Part shown: piece by piece, positions 54,491 to 64,000 of the stretch
Layout: each line of letters starts with the position of its first letter
Position numbering within the stretch: the stretch's first letter is position 1
Source: Alphaproteobacteria bacterium
GTDB lineage: Bacteria > Pseudomonadota > Alphaproteobacteria > UBA2966
Direction of reading: 5' to 3'
NCBI GenBank assembly: GCA_964291395.2
Contig: OZ219858.1
Span: 558,378-622,377 of the forward strand
DNA: 64,000 bases
Notes under the pieces: generated by a model
Told to the model about the DNA's origin: nothing
What the model saw: only the letters and a program-made list of their open reading frames with translations
Databases searched by the model: none
Made by a program: the position numbers and the translations under genes

Positions 54491-55113
54491 CCGCGCTCGC
54501 GCTGATACGCCACGGATCCACCGTCTTCACGGAGACCCGGCGGATTCAGGGCCTGCGCGATGTGCCCTTGTCCGGAACGGGGTGCGCGAGGGTCCAGAGC
54601 TACGACGTCCCGTCCGAGTTGACAGGCTTTGCCTGGATTTCGAGTCCTCTTTCGCGCGCGCGGGAAACCGCACGGATCCTGTGCGGGAAGCCGGTTCCAA
54701 CCGATTCCCGCCTGATCGAAATGGACTGGGGGGCTTGGGAAGGCCGCACCCTGAAGGATCTCCGTGCCGATCTTGGGAAGGCCATGCGGGAGAATGAGGA
54801 CAAGGGGTTGGACTTTTGTCCGGACGGGGGCGAGAGCCCCCGCCAGGTCCTGCGCCGGGTTCAGCCGCTGCTGGCCGAGATCGGCGCTGCACGCCGGGAT
54901 ACGGTGGCGGTTACCCACCGAGGCGTCATTCGGGCAATCTTCGCGGCGGCCCTCGATTGGGACATGGTGGGCCCGCCGCCGCACAAGCTCGACTGGACCT
55001 GCATCCATGTGTTCGATGTAGACGATCGCGGCGTCCCCCGGATATCGGGCCTCAACATCCCCATGGCACCGGCCGAAAAGCCGGTGCCGACGGATAACTG
55101 GCGAACACGGTGA
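54487..55113 (+). CDS. Histidine phosphatase family protein (phosphoglycerate mutase-like)
   Basis: LALIRHGST (RHG motif)...SSPLSRARETA...AVTHRGVIRA. Its start overlaps the upstream stop (ATGA). Confidence 0.8.
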   Translation: MTALALIRHGSTVFTETRRIQGLRDVPLSGTGCARVQSYDVPSELTGFAWISSPLSRARETARILCGKPVPTDSRLIEMDWGAWEGRTLKDLRADLGKAMRENEDKGLDFCPDGGESPRQVLRRVQPLLAEIGAARRDTVAVTHRGVIRAIFAAALDWDMVGPPPHKLDWTCIHVFDVDDRGVPRISGLNIPMAPAEKPVPTDNWRTR

Positions 55114-56267
55114 ACAGGCCGCGCATCCTTTTCTACGTACAGCACCTCGTGGGCATCGGTCACTTCAAGCGCGCTGCTGCCATTTCGCGAGCCGCTGCGG
55201 CGAGAGGCATGGGCGTAACCCTGGTGTCGGGCGGTCAAGCGCCTGCCGAGATCGATCTCGGAGCCGCAAAGCTCATGCAACTGCCGGCGGTCCATGCAAC
55301 GGAAGACGATTACGCCACGCTCCTCGTGGAAGACGGGTCACAGGCGGACGATGTCCTGCGCCGCCGCCGAGCCGGTCTCGTGCTGGAGGAATTCGAGCGA
55401 TGCCAACCGGACGTACTCGTCGTCGAGTTGTTTCCCTTCGGGCGCCGTCAAATGAAGTTCGAGTTGCTCCCCTTGCTGCGGGCCGCCCGGGATGCGCGAC
55501 CTCGCCCCGTCATAGTCTCATCGATACGCGACATCCTGGTCGGACAATCGAGGGCTGGCCGTGCGGATGAAGTGTGCGGCCATCTCGACACGTACTTCGA
55601 TCACGTACTCGTTCACGCCGACCCTTCCCTTGTCACCTTGGGAGCGACGTTTCCCCAAGAGAACCGAATCAAGAAGATGGTGACGTATACGGGATATGTC
55701 GCCGACCGGATCGCCGAAGAGAGCGGTGAAGACGGTACGAACGAGGTTGTCGTTTCGGCCGGGGGCGGTGCGGTGGGCCGGCGTCTGTTGGAAGTGGCGT
55801 CGGCGTGCAGACCGCTTACGGCGTTGCGCGATCATATCTGGCGCCTGCTCGTGGGCTCACGCGGCTCGGCAGGATCGCTCGCCTCTCGACTGGGGCGGAA
55901 GGATTCCGGCGTGATCGTGGAAGCCGCCCGGTCCGATTTCCCAGCACTGCTTTCGCGGGCCGCCGTGTCCGTCAGCCAAGGCGGATACAACACCAGTGTC
56001 GAGATTCTTCGGGCGAAGACGCCTGCCGTCGTCGTGCCGTTCGCAACCGGCGTCGAGACGGAACAAACGATCAGAGCGGAACTGCTGCGCAAGCGAAGGC
56101 TGATCGAGGTCGTGCCCGAGGGGGAGCTCTCGCCGGAGAGCTTGGCGAAAGCCGTCGATTCCGCCTACCGCGCGGGATCCGGAGACGCGGACATCGATCT
56201 GTCGGGCGCGAATACGACGGCGGATCTTCTGGAGGCATGGGCGCGGCAGGCAGCGCGGAATGCATGA
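55110..56267 (+). CDS. GT-B glycosyltransferase of the MurG/GT28-C-terminal (MJ1255-like) type, second copy
   Basis: GTG start overlaps the upstream stop. RILFYVQHLVGIGHFKRAAAISRA...VSAGGGAVG...VSQGGYNTSVEILRAKTPAVVVPF is collinear with the product of 50767..52029. Confidence 0.7.
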   Translation: MNRPRILFYVQHLVGIGHFKRAAAISRAAAARGMGVTLVSGGQAPAEIDLGAAKLMQLPAVHATEDDYATLLVEDGSQADDVLRRRRAGLVLEEFERCQPDVLVVELFPFGRRQMKFELLPLLRAARDARPRPVIVSSIRDILVGQSRAGRADEVCGHLDTYFDHVLVHADPSLVTLGATFPQENRIKKMVTYTGYVADRIAEESGEDGTNEVVVSAGGGAVGRRLLEVASACRPLTALRDHIWRLLVGSRGSAGSLASRLGRKDSGVIVEAARSDFPALLSRAAVSVSQGGYNTSVEILRAKTPAVVVPFATGVETEQTIRAELLRKRRLIEVVPEGELSPESLAKAVDSAYRAGSGDADIDLSGANTTADLLEAWARQAARNA

Positions 56268-56282
56268 GCACGGTATGAACCG

Positions 56283-57050
56283 ATGGGAACCTGGTCCGCA
56301 TTGACGGATGAGCTGGATGCTTGGTCGGTTGCCGGGAAAACGGCGACGATGTGGTGGCGGGACGATGACGCGACATGCCCTACCCCGGCGCTGGCGCGTT
56401 TGCTCGACGCCGCGGCAACGCACGGCGTGCCGCTTTGCCTCGCCGCCGTCCCCAACCTCGTACGGAAAGAGCTGCTGACGCTGCTGGAAAGAGACGTGAA
56501 CGTCGCTGTCGCCGTTCACGGCGTGAGCCACAAGAACTTCGCGGCGGCCGGCGAGAAGAAATGCGAACTCACGGAGGCTCGGTCCCCCCACGCGATGGCG
56601 GACGAACTCGTCGAAGGGCGGGAAAAGCTCATCGCCGTCGCGGGCTGCAGAACGATCCCGGTCCTGGTGCCGCCGTGGAACCGCGTTTCGCGAGCACTGG
56701 TCCCTCTGTTGCCGGGACTCGGCTTTCAGGGGCTTTCGACGTATGGCGACCGTCGCGCGCGCGCGCCAACCCCTGGGTTACGGCAAGTGAATTGCCACAT
56801 CGATCCCATCGACTGGCGCGGCAGCCGGGACTTCATCGGTGTCACATGCGTGCTGGAGCAGCTGATCGGGCATCTCGCGCGGCGACGCCTGGGAAACGCC
56901 GACCCGGCCGAGCCGACCGGATTGCTGACGCATCACGCGGTCTGGTCCGACGCGGCGTTCGCGTTTCTGCAAGAGCTCCTCGTTCGCACGGGAAAGCATC
57001 CTGCGGCTCGCTGGCTGACTCCGCAGGTCGCGTTCGGGTTGGAGCCTTGA
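56283..57050 (+). CDS. Polysaccharide deacetylase-like protein (CE4/DUF2334-like; assignment tentative)
   Basis: MWWRDDDATCPTPALARLLD...VAVHGVSH...VLVPPWNR. The motif order resembles divergent deacetylase-fold proteins. Confidence 0.5.
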   Translation: MGTWSALTDELDAWSVAGKTATMWWRDDDATCPTPALARLLDAAATHGVPLCLAAVPNLVRKELLTLLERDVNVAVAVHGVSHKNFAAAGEKKCELTEARSPHAMADELVEGREKLIAVAGCRTIPVLVPPWNRVSRALVPLLPGLGFQGLSTYGDRRARAPTPGLRQVNCHIDPIDWRGSRDFIGVTCVLEQLIGHLARRRLGNADPAEPTGLLTHHAVWSDAAFAFLQELLVRTGKHPAARWLTPQVAFGLEP

Positions 57051-57553
57051 GCACCCACCGGTATCCGGCGTCGAGCCTGGCCGCGGATCATTGCCGCGCC
57101 GGCATCGGCCTTCTCGTGACCGGGGGGCCGCTCGTGTTCCTGGGCCCGATCAGCGGACTCATCTACATCCTGGCGCCTTTGGCGGTCCTCTTCGGTATCT
57201 TCGCGGTTCGGACACTGGTTCGTCAGCTGACCACATACGAAGCGACGGAGACGGGGTTTCGGGTGTCGGGGCCGGTCGGGTTTGAACTCGCGTGGTCTGA
57301 TATTTCGGATATGCGCCTGAGGTACTTTTCGACCCGGCGCGACCGCGGTCGCGGCTGGATGCAGCTCCGAATTCGCGGCACTGGCCGGACTGTCCGCCTG
57401 GACTCGACTTTGGGGGGGTTTTCCGACATTGTTGCGCGTGCCGCCAAGGAAGCGGCGCGGCACGATATCGCCTTGAGCGATGCCACGCTGGACAATATGC
57501 GGGCGTTGGGCATTGCAGAGCTGTCGGAGACGACAAGAATACCGACCGTTTGA
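57047..57553 (+). CDS. Small membrane protein with a C-terminal PH-like soluble domain (hypothetical)
   Basis: Proposed TTG start overlaps the upstream TGA (TTGA). There are two TM helices (GIGLLVTGGPLVFLGPISGLIYILAPLAVLFGIFAV), then FRVSGPVGFELAWSDISDMRLRYF...MQLRIRG. Confidence 0.5.
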   Translation: MSTHRYPASSLAADHCRAGIGLLVTGGPLVFLGPISGLIYILAPLAVLFGIFAVRTLVRQLTTYEATETGFRVSGPVGFELAWSDISDMRLRYFSTRRDRGRGWMQLRIRGTGRTVRLDSTLGGFSDIVARAAKEAARHDIALSDATLDNMRALGIAELSETTRIPTV

Positions 57554-59445
57554 TGGGGAACGTCCTACTCGTTCGCGATCTCAAGGTTGAATTTCATCTA
57601 CCCGAAGGCGCCATTAAGGCTGTTGACGGTGTGTCTTTCCGGATTCCAGAGGGAAAGACCGTTGCGCTCGTGGGCGAATCGGGATCGGGAAAGACGGTCG
57701 TTTCCCAAGCCATCACGGGCATCCTTCCCAAGCCTGCCCGTATCGCGGCCGGTGAGATTTTGTTTTTCGACCCGGAGAAGCAGGGACACTTCGTCGACGT
57801 CGCCAAGTTGAAGCCCGACGGACGGGCGATGCGGGATCTGAGAGGAGGCCGCATCTCCATCATTTTCCAGGAACCCATGACGTCCTTGTCTCCGCTTCAC
57901 ACGATCGGCAATCAGATCGGCGAGGCGACACGCCTGCACACGCGTTGCAACGCCTCCGTCGCAAGCGACATGACGGTCGAGATGCTGCGATTGGTGGGCT
58001 TTCCCGATCCGCCAAAGGCATTGCACACCTATCCGTTCGAACTGTCTGGAGGACTGCGCCAACGCGCCATGATCGCCATGGCGCTGGTGTGTCGGCCCGC
58101 CATCCTGATCGCTGACGAACCGACGACCGCGCTGGATGTGACCATCCAGGCACAGATCTTGAAGTTGATGCAGGATCTGCAAGCCGAACTCGGCATGGCC
58201 ATTCTGATGATCACCCACGATCTCGGCGTGGTCGCCAATGTGGCGGACGAAATCGTGGTGATGTATCACGGAAAGGTCATGGAAGCAGGGACTCTCCGTG
58301 ACATCTTCGACGACCCCCGGCACCCGTACCTTCAGGCTCTCATGCGCGCCGTTCCCCGGTTCGATATGAAGGCGGGCGAACGGCTTGTTCCGTTGCGCGA
58401 GATCAAGGCGGAAGGCAGCCAGCTTCTCGAGAACAGGGCACCGTGGCCGGATACCGAGGCAGCGCGCGCGCCGTTGCTGTCGGTGAAGGATCTGAGCAAG
58501 AGATTCACGACTCGAAAGACCTCGGTGTTCGGCTCGAAGCCCGGCGGCAGCGTGCTGGCCGTGGACGACGTCAGCTTCGATATCCACAGGGGTGAGTGCC
58601 TGGGACTGGTCGGCGAGTCGGGCTGTGGCAAGACGACTACCAGCAAGATCATCATACGGGCCGTCAGCCCGGGTGAGGGAACCGTCACGTTCAACGACCG
58701 GGGATCGCCGGTCGACGTCTTGAAGCTCGGCGGCCGAGAGCTGTTCGATTTCCGGCGGAAGGTCCAGTACATCTTCCAGGACCCGTTCAGTTCCCTGAAC
58801 CCGCGCATGACGGTGTTCGACATCATCAGCGAGCCGCTGGCCATTCACGGGATCGAGAATCAGGAGCAACGTGCCGCACGCGTCCGCGAGCTCATGGGTC
58901 TCGTCGGCCTCGACGTGCGCTACCTGCGCCGCTATCCCCACAGCTTCTCGGGCGGCCAGCGTCAGCGAATCGGGATCGCGCGGGCGCTCGCGCTTCAACC
59001 CGATTTGCTCATCTGCGACGAACCCGTCTCGGCTCTCGATGTCTCGGTGCAGGCGCAGGTGCTCAATCTTCTGAAGGATTTACAGAAGGAGCTCGGTCTC
59101 ACCTACCTGTTCATTTCGCACGATCTGGCGGTTGTCGATTACGTCGCCGACAGGATCGCCGTCATGTGCAAGGGCCGGCTGGTCGAGATGGCGCCCCGCG
59201 ACGCGCTGCTGCGGGATCCTGTACATCCCTATACCAAAGCGTTACTGGCCGCCGTGCCCAAGGCGGATCCGGAGAGTCGCTTGGACCTTACCGCGCTGAT
59301 GGCAGGCCGTGCCTCGGATCCGTCCGCTTGGTCGCCACCGTTCACCGCGGACGGAGAGACCAGGCCTCGTCTCGCTCACCTGGGCGACGATCACTACGTC
59401 CGGGCAGCCGTCGACGATTCGGACGCGCGGCGGCTGCTGGCATGA
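57553..59445 (+). CDS. yejF: Double-NBD ABC ATPase of a peptide/opine-type importer (YejF-like)
   Basis: Two full NBDs are present: GESGSGKTV...LSGGLRQR...[11 protein letters not shown] and GESGCGKTT...FSGGQRQR...[11 protein letters not shown]. The ATG overlaps the upstream TGA (TGATG). Confidence 0.88.
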   Translation: MGNVLLVRDLKVEFHLPEGAIKAVDGVSFRIPEGKTVALVGESGSGKTVVSQAITGILPKPARIAAGEILFFDPEKQGHFVDVAKLKPDGRAMRDLRGGRISIIFQEPMTSLSPLHTIGNQIGEATRLHTRCNASVASDMTVEMLRLVGFPDPPKALHTYPFELSGGLRQRAMIAMALVCRPAILIADEPTTALDVTIQAQILKLMQDLQAELGMAILMITHDLGVVANVADEIVVMYHGKVMEAGTLRDIFDDPRHPYLQALMRAVPRFDMKAGERLVPLREIKAEGSQLLENRAPWPDTEAARAPLLSVKDLSKRFTTRKTSVFGSKPGGSVLAVDDVSFDIHRGECLGLVGESGCGKTTTSKIIIRAVSPGEGTVTFNDRGSPVDVLKLGGRELFDFRRKVQYIFQDPFSSLNPRMTVFDIISEPLAIHGIENQEQRAARVRELMGLVGLDVRYLRRYPHSFSGGQRQRIGIARALALQPDLLICDEPVSALDVSVQAQVLNLLKDLQKELGLTYLFISHDLAVVDYVADRIAVMCKGRLVEMAPRDALLRDPVHPYTKALLAAVPKADPESRLDLTALMAGRASDPSAWSPPFTADGETRPRLAHLGDDHYVRAAVDDSDARRLLA

Positions 59446-61340
59446 TCCCGGCAATCCAACGATCGGTGTCCGCTGCTGCGTTGGCGGTATGCCTGGCCTC
59501 GCCGGCCCTGGCCATCACGCTGCGGGAAACGCCTTCTCTCGCCGAGGCCGTCGCGTCGGGAGCTCTGCCGCCCGTCGCGGAGCGCGTTCCACTGACCCCC
59601 TTGGTCGTGAATCTGGCAGGCGACTCCAAGAAGCCGGGCCGGCACGGCGGAACCCTGAACATGCTGATCGGCCGTCCCAAGGACATCCGCCTCCTCGTGG
59701 TATACGGCTACGCGCGACTCGTCGGTTACGACGACCGGTTTCGGATGCAACCCGACATTTTGGAAAGCTTCGATGTCCGGGAAGGCCGCATATTTACGTT
59801 CAGGCTGCGTGAGAGTCACAAATGGTCCGACGGCCATCCCTTCACGGCGGAAGACTTCCGATACTATTGGGAAGACGTTGCCAACAATCCAAGCCTTGCT
59901 CCGTCGGGTCCGCCGCGCGACATGATCGTTGCGGGGAAACCCCCGCGATTCGAGATCATCGACGATCACGCCGTGAGATACACCTGGCCGGCGCCCAACC
60001 CCTTCTTCCTGCCGCGCATCGCCGGGGCGTCACCCCTGTTCATCTACCGCCCGGCCCACTACCTGAAGCAGTTTCACCCCCGCTATGCCGGCGAAGCGGC
60101 AGCAGCCCGGCGCGCCGAAGAGGAGGGACAGCGAAGCTGGGCCGCGCTGCACAACAAGCGGGACAACCTTTACAAGTTCGACAATCCGGATCTGCCGACG
60201 CTGCAGCCCTGGCGGAACACGACCCGTCCACCGGCGCAGCGGTTTGCCGCCAAGCGCAATCCCTTCTTCCACCGCGTCGACACACGGGGTCGTCAGCTTC
60301 CGTACATCGACGACGTCGTGCTGGTGCAGACGGACGGAAGGCTGATCTCCGCCAAAACCGGAGCCGGCGAGTCGGACCTGCAGTCGCGGAACATCTCGTT
60401 CGACGACTACACGTTCCTCAAGGACGGTTCCGAACGTAACGGGTATGACGTGCATTTGTGGCGCACCGCGAAAGGGGCGCACCTCGCGTTGTTCCCGAAT
60501 CTCAACCACAACGATCGGGTCTGGCGGGAGGTGATTCGGGACCGGCGATTCCGGGAGGCCCTGAGTCTCGCGATCGACCGTCCGTTGATCAATCAGGCGC
60601 TCTATTTCGGACTCGCCTTGGAGCATCACAACACGGTGCTGCCACGGAGCCCTCTCTACGACGAGACGTACGCGCGAACCGAGTTCGATATCGAGAAGGC
60701 GAACAGGCTGCTGGACGAGATGGGCCTGACGGAATGGGACGACGACGAAACCCGCCTGTTGCCGGACGGGCGGCCCATTCACGTCATTGTCGAGACGGCC
60801 GGCGAGGACACCGAGCAAACGGACGTTCTCGAGCTGATCCGGGATGACTGGGCCAAAATCGGGATCCGGCTGTTCACCAAACCGTCCCAACGGGAAGTCT
60901 TCCGCAACCGCATCTTCTCCGGCGAGACCCTGATGTCGATCTGGTTCGGGCTGGAGAATGGGCTCGCCACGGCCGACACGATCCCGCGGGAGTTGGCCCC
61001 GACGAGTCAGCTACAATTGCAGTGGCCGAAATGGGGCCAGTACTTTGAGACTAAGGGCAAGTCGGGAGAGCCGCCGGACATGGCGGTCGTCATCGAATTG
61101 GCGCACCTCAACGAGGAATGGTTGAGCGCCCCCACGACCCGGGAACGCGAACGCATTTGGCGGAGAATGTTGGGGATTCATCGCGACATGCTTTTCTCCA
61201 TCGGAATCGTTTCCGGCGTGCTGCAACCGGTCGTCGCCAGGAGGGGATTGATGAACGTCCCCGCCAGGGCCGTCTACAACTGGGATCCCGGTGCCCACTT
61301 CGGGGTCTATCGGCCCGACACCTTCTGGTTCGCGAGGTGA
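59442..61340 (+). CDS. yejA: ABC transporter substrate-binding protein, family 5 (YejA-like)
   Basis: ATG at 59442 overlaps the yejF stop. Signal peptide [24 protein letters not shown]. The product is ~632 aa, typical of extended family-5 SBPs. Confidence 0.85.
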   Translation: MIPAIQRSVSAAALAVCLASPALAITLRETPSLAEAVASGALPPVAERVPLTPLVVNLAGDSKKPGRHGGTLNMLIGRPKDIRLLVVYGYARLVGYDDRFRMQPDILESFDVREGRIFTFRLRESHKWSDGHPFTAEDFRYYWEDVANNPSLAPSGPPRDMIVAGKPPRFEIIDDHAVRYTWPAPNPFFLPRIAGASPLFIYRPAHYLKQFHPRYAGEAAAARRAEEEGQRSWAALHNKRDNLYKFDNPDLPTLQPWRNTTRPPAQRFAAKRNPFFHRVDTRGRQLPYIDDVVLVQTDGRLISAKTGAGESDLQSRNISFDDYTFLKDGSERNGYDVHLWRTAKGAHLALFPNLNHNDRVWREVIRDRRFREALSLAIDRPLINQALYFGLALEHHNTVLPRSPLYDETYARTEFDIEKANRLLDEMGLTEWDDDETRLLPDGRPIHVIVETAGEDTEQTDVLELIRDDWAKIGIRLFTKPSQREVFRNRIFSGETLMSIWFGLENGLATADTIPRELAPTSQLQLQWPKWGQYFETKGKSGEPPDMAVVIELAHLNEEWLSAPTTRERERIWRRMLGIHRDMLFSIGIVSGVLQPVVARRGLMNVPARAVYNWDPGAHFGVYRPDTFWFAR

Positions 61341-61393
61341 CTGCGGTCGATGCCGGCCGATGATTGGTTGAGGTGGTTCGGGCGGGATTGACG

Positions 61394-62419
61394 ATGTTCA
61401 CATATTTTGTCCATCGCGTATTGATCATGATCCCCACGCTGCTGGCGATCAGCGTGTTGATCTTCATCATCATCCAGCTGCCCCCGGGCGACTATCTTTC
61501 GAACCAGATTCAGGAACTGAAGAGTCAAGGCGATACCGCCGCGCTGGCAAAAGCCGAATTTCTGCGCCATCAGTACGGACTGGACCGTCCGCTCGTCGAG
61601 CAATACGCGGTGTGGCTTGGCGTCTGGCCGGGTCCGAACGGGTTCTCCGGCCTCTTGCAAGGTGATCTCGGCTATTCCTTCGAGTTCGACCTGCCGGTGA
61701 CCGACGTCGTCGGAGACCGGTTGTTGCTGTCCTTTATCGTATCCTTCGCCACGATCATCTTCACCTGGGTGGTGTCGTTCCCCATCGGCGTGTATTCCGC
61801 GACCCATCAATACAGCATCGGCGATCACTCACTGACCTTTCTCGGATTCATCGGTCTGGCGACGCCCAATTTCCTGCTCGCGCTGGTGCTGATCTATTTC
61901 GCCAACGTCACTTTCGGCACGTCGATCGGCGGCCTGATGGATCCCCGATACCTCGACCAGCCATGGTCGTGGGCAAAGTTCGTTTCCGTTCTCGAACACC
62001 TGTGGATCCCTGTCATCGTCATCGGAACATCTGGCACTGCCGGCATGATTCGGAGGTTGCGCGCCAACCTGCTCGACGAACTGCAAAAGCAATATGTGGT
62101 CACGGGCCGGGCAAAGGGCCTTCCGCCACTTCGCCTCCTGATCAAGTATCCGTTGCGCGTCTCCCTCAACCCCTTCATCTCGGACATCGGAAACCTTCTG
62201 CCGCAGGTCATTTCGGGGGCCGCCATCGTATCCGTGGTTCTGTCGCTGCCGACGACAGGCCCCATGCTGGTTCACGCATTGCAGTCCCAGGACCAATATC
62301 TCGCGGGGTCGTTCCTGATGTTCCTGTCTCTGCTGACGGTCATCGGCATGTTCCTCTCCGATGTGGCGTTGGCCGCGCTGGATCCGCGAATCCGTCTTGG
62401 CGAGCAGGCGGTTCGATGA
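61394..62419 (+). CDS. yejB: ABC transporter permease (YejB/DppB-like)
   Basis: MFTYFVHRVLIMIPTLLAISVLIFIIIQLPPGDY, with an EAA-loop region ...VVTGRAKGLPPLRLLIKYPLR. Confidence 0.88.
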   Translation: MFTYFVHRVLIMIPTLLAISVLIFIIIQLPPGDYLSNQIQELKSQGDTAALAKAEFLRHQYGLDRPLVEQYAVWLGVWPGPNGFSGLLQGDLGYSFEFDLPVTDVVGDRLLLSFIVSFATIIFTWVVSFPIGVYSATHQYSIGDHSLTFLGFIGLATPNFLLALVLIYFANVTFGTSIGGLMDPRYLDQPWSWAKFVSVLEHLWIPVIVIGTSGTAGMIRRLRANLLDELQKQYVVTGRAKGLPPLRLLIKYPLRVSLNPFISDIGNLLPQVISGAAIVSVVLSLPTTGPMLVHALQSQDQYLAGSFLMFLSLLTVIGMFLSDVALAALDPRIRLGEQAVR

Positions 62420-63594
62420 CCTTCCGCACTCACTCCGCGGTCGACGGCAGACTGGATCACTTCGTCAGTCGCGAGCCCTTCGACCCCCATTCGGTCGAAC
62501 GTATGACGGCCGAGCAGGAACGGTATTACATGGCCTCGCAATGGCAGATGATGTGGTGGAAGTTCCTCCGCCATCGCCTTGCCGTCGCGTCCGGCGTCGT
62601 ATTGGCAGTGTTCTACCTGTCCATTCTGATCAGCGAGTTCCTGGCGCCCTACCATCTCCATTCGCGCGACGCAAAGCACATTTTCGCGCCGCCTCAGGAA
62701 TTGCATCTGTTCCATGAAGACGAGTTCGTCGGTCCCTTCGTGTATGGGCTGAGCTACCGTCTCAACATGGAGAATCTGAAACGCGAGTACACACCGGACC
62801 CTGATTTGGTTCAGCCCATCCGGTTCTTCTGCTCCGGGGACACGTACGAATTCTGGGGCCTCTTCGAGGCCAACCTCCACCTGATGTGCCCTGCGGAAGG
62901 AGGAACGCTGTACCTTCTGGGGACCGACCGGCTGGGTCGCGACATGCTGTCCCGGATCGTCTACGGCACGCGGATTTCGCTGACCGTCGGCTTGATCGGC
63001 ATTTCGATCAGCTTCCTTCTCGGTCTGTTCTTCGGCGGCGTATCGGGCTATTTCGGCGGATGGTGGGACACCCTGACCCAGCGGCTTATCGAAATCATCC
63101 GATCTTTTCCCGAACTGCCCCTCTGGATGGCGCTGTCCGCGGCCCTCCCCGTGACTTGGAGTCCGACGCTCATCTATTTCGGCATCACCATCATCCTGGG
63201 CCTCATCGACTGGACTGGACTGGCGCGCGCCGTCCGAGGGAAGATTCTGGCATTGCGAGAGGAGGACTTCGCGACGGCGGCCCAACTCATGGGGGCCAGC
63301 TCCTCCCGTATCGTCGGACGGCACCTGATACCGAGCTTCATGAGCCATCTCATCGCATCCGCGACTCTCTCCATTCCCTCGATGATCCTGGGTGAAACGG
63401 CGCTCTCGTTCCTGGGACTTGGTCTTCGCCCTCCGATCACGAGTTGGGGCGTGCTGCTCAACGAGGCTCAGAACATCAATGTCGTCGCGCTGTACCCCTG
63501 GCTGATGCTACCGGTGGTGCCCGTCATCATCGTCGTGCTGACGCTCAATTTCTTCGGCGACGGACTGCGGGACGCCGCGGATCCGTATCGTTGA
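62416..63594 (+). CDS. yejE: ABC transporter permease (YejE/DppC-like)
   Basis: ATG at 62416 overlaps the yejB stop. YLLGTDRLGRDMLSRIVYGTRISL...FATAAQLMGASSSRIVGRHLIP. Confidence 0.88.
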   Translation: MTFRTHSAVDGRLDHFVSREPFDPHSVERMTAEQERYYMASQWQMMWWKFLRHRLAVASGVVLAVFYLSILISEFLAPYHLHSRDAKHIFAPPQELHLFHEDEFVGPFVYGLSYRLNMENLKREYTPDPDLVQPIRFFCSGDTYEFWGLFEANLHLMCPAEGGTLYLLGTDRLGRDMLSRIVYGTRISLTVGLIGISISFLLGLFFGGVSGYFGGWWDTLTQRLIEIIRSFPELPLWMALSAALPVTWSPTLIYFGITIILGLIDWTGLARAVRGKILALREEDFATAAQLMGASSSRIVGRHLIPSFMSHLIASATLSIPSMILGETALSFLGLGLRPPITSWGVLLNEAQNINVVALYPWLMLPVVPVIIVVLTLNFFGDGLRDAADPYR

Positions 63595-63656
63595 CCGTCG
63601 CTCGTGCCGTCGACTTCCTTCGAACGCCCCGGGCAGTGCGGTGACGGCCGTCCCGG

Positions 63657-64000
63657 TTACGGGGCCAGGATCACCAAGTTCATCGGCTGCTCGACACCGC
63701 CGACCGCCGCCTTCTCGAGCACGTGGCGCTGCCGTGGAGACACATAACCCTGTGCGCGCGCCGTCCCGTACGCCTGCTCTGTGGTGAGCGCCACGACGCC
63801 CGCGGCCTTGTTGTGTTTCTCCAGCTTGGCGGCGAGGTTCACGGCATCGCCGATCACGGTGTACTCAAGCCTTTTGGGGTCGCCCACGGCGCCGAAGATC
63901 ACTGGCCCCGTGGCCACGGCGAATCCGATTTCGAGGGGTCGCGCGCCTACCGCGCGACGGTCCTCCTGCCAAGCCTCCGTCACGGCCACGAGCTCATCGA
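63657..64000 (-). CDS. Class III adenylate/guanylate cyclase, C-terminal part (the gene starts beyond the window)
   Basis: IGFAVATGPVIFGAVGDPKRLEYTVIGDAVNLAAKLE is the conserved catalytic-domain C-terminal region. The frame stays open to the window edge. Confidence 0.75.
   Translation of the reverse strand, partial: DELVAVTEAWQEDRRAVGARPLEIGFAVATGPVIFGAVGDPKRLEYTVIGDAVNLAAKLEKHNKAAGVVALTTEQAYGTARAQGYVSPRQRHVLEKAAVGGVEQPMNLVILAP

Overview
GC-rich bacterial chromosomal window. The blocks ybbN/LON-N/Trm112/DUF971/ubiH-family, glnK-amtB and dapC-ftsK-lolA suggest an alphaproteobacterium, but that is inference only. Layout: (i) 1-22.1 kb is a catabolic island for nitrogen-containing compounds. 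It holds an ATP-dependent HyuB/HyuA-type enzyme, four PLP aminotransferase classes (one gene frameshifted), an OMP-decarboxylase paralog, a family III CoA-transferase plus MaoC hydratase, two tandem MBL hydrolases, a TRAP transporter, an amidase, an LLM oxidoreductase and an N-carbamoyl-D-amino-acid hydrolase. (ii) 22.3-26.0 kb holds a fused CydD-CydC-type ABC exporter and tRNA-Gly(GCC). (iii) 26-42 kb is housekeeping DNA interrupted by a decay zone (IS66 fragment, truncated higB-like toxin with intact higA-like antitoxin, relB/parE remnants) and a hipBA cassette. (iv) 42-45.5 kb holds a RES-Xre toxin-antitoxin pair and an AbiEi/AbiEii pair whose toxin carries several frameshifts. (v) 47-50.2 kb is my top candidate for something undescribed: a stand-alone cNMP-binding protein next to an 884-aa ABC half-transporter. 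Its Walker A Lys and Walker B Asp are both Ala, and its NBD carries a ~290-aa insertion that looks like a triplicated helical subdomain. (vi) 50.19-50.61 kb is an internally deleted IS5-family element with both terminal inverted repeats. (vii) 50.8-63.6 kb is an 11-gene same-strand block with overlapping stops and starts: four glycosyltransferases, a histidine phosphatase, a deacetylase-like protein, a small membrane protein and a yejF-A-B-E-type peptide importer. It is followed by a convergent class III nucleotidyl cyclase that runs off the window. I saw no rRNA and no CRISPR array. Many long ORFs in the track are antisense or off-frame artefacts of the high GC content and were rejected.
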